Assembly: GCF_001194135.2 (NCBI RefSeq)
Contig: NC_068982.1
Coordinates: 150,650,247-150,714,246 of the forward strand
Reading direction: 5' to 3'
DNA length: 64,000 bases
Source: Octopus bimaculoides
Taxonomy: Eukaryota
The notes beneath the pieces are model-generated. The model did not search any database. It saw only the letters and a program-made list of their open reading frames with translations, and was not told where the DNA came from. Positions 1 to 64,000 of the stretch are shown in pieces. Within the stretch, counting starts at the first letter, position 1; each line of letters starts with the position of its first letter. The translations under genes were made by a program, and so were the position numbers.

Positions 1-23
1 GATTAATGTGATACAAACCGTAC

Positions 24-60629
<60,606 letters not shown>

Positions 60630-61179
60630 CTCCGCAAAAGTAAAATAATAAAAAGAATAAAGAAACAATGTGCATATAGTAAGTTCTATGGTCTGATCTT
60701 GAGTTGAATAAAGAATTTGTGTTTTATATATATATTAAACTGAGTGAAGATGCAAACGTAAATGTAAATTGAAAGGACAGTGAATCAAAAATTGAGAATG
60801 AGGTGAGAGCAGATACTCCTCTTTGGGTTAACCTTATATAAGACAATAGTATTCATGCTAAATTTATAAATCCTAAAATGTGTACGTATGTGTGTGTATA
60901 TGTAAGTGTGTGTGTGTGTGTGTGGAGAGAGGGAGAGAGAGAGACTGTGTTTGTGTGTTTCATTGTATAAGATGTATGTGGGCACTTGAGTGTTGCATGT
61001 AGGTGTGTATATATGTATATGTGTGAGGTAGTGATGGGGTATTGAAGAAAATGGGTTTGGCAATTGGTGCTAAGAGGTTAGGTGAGAGAGAATGAATTTT
61101 TGTTTATGCTAGACATGAGAATCCAAAAACCATTGTGCAGAGTTAAGTTGAATATAGAGAAATGTCAGGTTGAATGATT

Positions 61180-61460
61180 CCTAAATTAGAAATGGTATAA
61201 GATAGGAGAATTATTGCTGAAATGAATGTCTTGAAGGAGTTCAGAGAAGTGCTTGGGTAGGAGTCATACAATCTGACCAATGTATAGAGGATTACAAAGG
61301 GAATATTTTAGGCAGTAGATATGATGGACAGAAGTACAGGAGAAGCTGTCAGTTAAGAAAAAGGAATGATAGTTGGAACCAGTGAAGATGGTGCTGTTGG
61401 AGGGGAAGGGAAGGTAGTAGAGGTGAAAGCAAGGAAAGGATAAGGTTAGGTGCAGGGAGT
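61180..61460 (-). mobile_element. Penelope-like element relic (GIY-YIG endonuclease)
   Basis: Minus frame DSFSCTSVHHIYCLKYSLCNPLYIGQIV*LLPKHFSELLQDI matches FTCTS.NVIY.I.C..C..LYIGeT.R.L..RF.EH..DI. Weaker similar relics near 17890-18200, 22700-23300, 27750-28300, 51640-51830 and 52400-52630. Confidence 0.75.
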
Positions 61461-62439
61461 TGCAACGAAAGATTTATGGATGAATAAGTCACACATATCA
61501 TGGGCAAAAGTAAAGTGGGGAGGATGTGGGAAGTGATAAGGCTGTATGGGAAGATTTATGATAGGATAGTATGCTAGAGAAGTAGTATCAAAGGGTTGCT
61601 GGAGAGGGGATGGATGTAGGAAGAGAAGACAGGGGTGTGGTCAATGTCTCAGGTAAATTATGATGGGTTACACTTGGGTGAGAGGGCATTTTCATCAAGT
61701 AAAGTGACTTATATATTCATATATTAAAATAAGATGGATAGGATAAATAAAATAAAATTGAAAAATAAAATGAATATGATAAGAATGAATGAGATAGAAT
61801 AAAATGAAATGATATAATAAAAATAAAAGGACTAGCCAATGGGGAGTTATGAGGTACAAAGCTTTTGAGGAAATGACAAGGGACTGAAACAACTGGTGAT
61901 TTGCTTCAGAAGACATGTCAAGCTAAGTAGAAATTGAGGCCATATATGGATGTACTTTATGTCCCCACACCATCAAAACTCCCCCGCAACTCATTTTCCC
62001 CAAATGATCACCCCCTACTGCATGCCCCTCCAGTCTCATGTTCCTAACCACACATATTCACCATGCCCTCACATATCTACCACAGCTACTCCAATTTCCC
62101 CATCACTTGCTACAGTCACCTCTTACCTATCTCTAAACATCTTCCATTATATTCTTATGTAACATCTCCTTCTATCCCTCTGTACCACTTATATTCACCT
62201 CTACTGTAGGTATGTCCTGATACATCTCCACCATCATCTATTTCTCTCTAACTATCTCTCTTCTCCTTTCTTTTCCTACCAGGGTAGCCAAGTATTACCT
62301 CTATAGTAAGACTCCTATCTCTATCACTTTATTATTCTTTAACCTCTCAACCAGCACTCCACAAAAATCCAACTCCCTCTACAGCTGAGAAGGCTTTGTC
62401 TTGCAAGTATTTGGTGACCCTACTGGTGCTGGTGCCACA

Positions 62440-62622
62440 AAAAAAGCACCAGTGCTGATGCCTCCTAAAAAGTATCAACACACTCTGTTGGCTTTAGGAA
62501 GGGCATCCAGCTGTAGAAACCATGCCAAAGCAGACAATGGAGCCTGATGCAGTTCTATGGCTCCCGTCAAACCATCCAACCCACGACAGCATGGAGAATG
62601 GACGCTAATTGATGATGATGAG
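62440..62622 (+). mobile_element. (GAT)n-tailed interspersed repeat
   Basis: Core plus gatgatgatg. Confidence 0.75.
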
Positions 62623-63323
62623 TCATTTAGGGAGACAGAATAAGGTAAAACACTCATATTACATAGACAGGCATATATGTACATATATATATATATATAT
62701 ATGTATATNNNNNNNNNNNNNNNNNNNNNNNNATATATACAAAGTTAATTGCAGAATAAAACCATTAGGTCATCGACTCAAAAAGCCGTAGCCCACCAAT
62801 GACCACATAAAGAAGTACAACATAGACCACAAAACCAAATTAGTAAAGGGAAGTCAAAATTTTTATACATAAGAATAAAAAAAATCGATTAAAAATACAA
62901 TAGAATAATATAAATAAATAAATAAACTGCGATTAAAAGTTGATTAAAAATAATTGATTAAAAATAGATTAAAAATATTAGAGACCGGTACAATTACAGT
63001 AGAACAAAAATATATATATATATAGAAAAATATAGAGAAAAAATAATACAACAGTTCATTCACTGAGGCCAATAGCCAATAAAAAAGTTCAAGATAAATA
63101 GTACGAAAGTTCAACTACCTCCCTCATGACAGCAAATTTAGTAGGTAAAATTCAATTTCATAAACAGGAATACCGAAGCGCACGGGACAAAACAACAACA
63201 GAACATCCAAAGTGTGGCAAAGTAAAATCCATATTTCACCATTCCGCAGGTAACATCAGTAAAGTGAAACCATAAACATCATTTACAGTGGATTACAAGT
63301 ATAGGTGGAACACAAACACAGAA

Positions 63324-63405
63324 CACCTATGGCCATTTCGGGGGTATATCACCGTATTTAGGGCACAATAGAGCACAAATTGGTGATAACCCCTACTTCA
63401 GGGCA
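63324..63405 (-). ncRNA. Hammerhead-ribozyme-like motif (type I, minimal, palindromic helix III)
   Basis: Minus strand: UGCC-CUGAAGUA-GGGG-U-UAUCACC...GGUGAUA-UAC-CCCC-GAA-AUGGCCAU-A-GGUG. There is one extra U in the CUGANGA core. Confidence 0.45.
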
Positions 63406-64000
63406 AAAAAAAAGAAAACACACAGACATCAACGAAGTCACCAGTCAAAAAAATAAATTATTATTATGAGAGCAAGCTTAAATAAATAATAATATGGACT
63501 AGACCCCCCCCCCAAAAAAAAAAGAAAATCTAATTTTTAGTATACCCTTTAGAATAGTCAGGCAGGNNNNNNNNNNNNNNNNNNNNNNNNNNNNCCAACG
63601 TAAGCCATGATGAAAAATAAATAAAAAATAAATACTACCATTGTATCCATATTTTTATTATTATTTTAATATCAATATTTTTGTCTATTTATTTTAATTT
63701 TTATTTCTATCATTACCATTTCTATCACCATTATTACCATTATTACCATTACTAATAGTATTATTTTTGTTCTTGTTTCTATTTTTATATAGTTTTAGGA
63801 AGGTGGAGGAAAATTTATGATTACAAAAAGGGATTACCTTGATAAACTTATTCAAGGTTTTCGGCCCAAAAGACCTAAGAATGGAAAGGGATTCCCTAAT
63901 GCATAATAAGCACTTGCTAATATTTGCCTTAAATTGGGGGGTTCTAGATAAGATTGACCATTCAAGATAGTACTTCTTATTCTTCCTCTTGAGGTCATGC

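Noticed and set aside
63770-64000. Short plus-strand frame MITKRDYLDKLIQGFRP...
   Set aside because: Interrupted by stops, cut by the window edge, and no motif I can name.

Overview
AT-rich animal genomic DNA. The microsatellite and repeat content is typical of a coleoid cephalopod, probably Octopus (inference). Almost the whole window lies inside one large minus-strand gene for an axonemal-type dynein heavy chain, most similar in motif layout to the outer-arm gamma class (DNAH5/DNAH8). I traced by hand 33 well-supported exons plus 1 tentative exon (about 5.5 kb, about 1850 aa). They cover part of the tail (DHC_N1), the linker (DHC_N2), all of AAA1 and most of AAA2, and the gene is open at both window edges. 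The firm exons join in frame with no stops and with canonical splice sites (one GC-AG). Key observation: every catalytic element of the AAA1 site, normally the main ATPase site of dynein, is substituted. Walker A reads GTPDAGKK, Walker B reads CLAD, sensor I is N>A, sensor II is R>S, and the AAA2 arginine finger that completes the site is R>K. The AAA2 P-loop (GPPGSGKT) is intact. This suggests a conserved, catalytically dead dynein pseudo-motor. Introns hold RTE, CR1/L2-like, R4/Dong and Penelope retroelement relics, Tc1/mariner, hAT and piggyBac-type DNA elements, SINEs, a young fold-back MITE, a probable solo LTR and a hammerhead-ribozyme-like motif. Dynein consensus motifs are quoted from established knowledge. 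No database search was run, and repeat boundaries are approximate.
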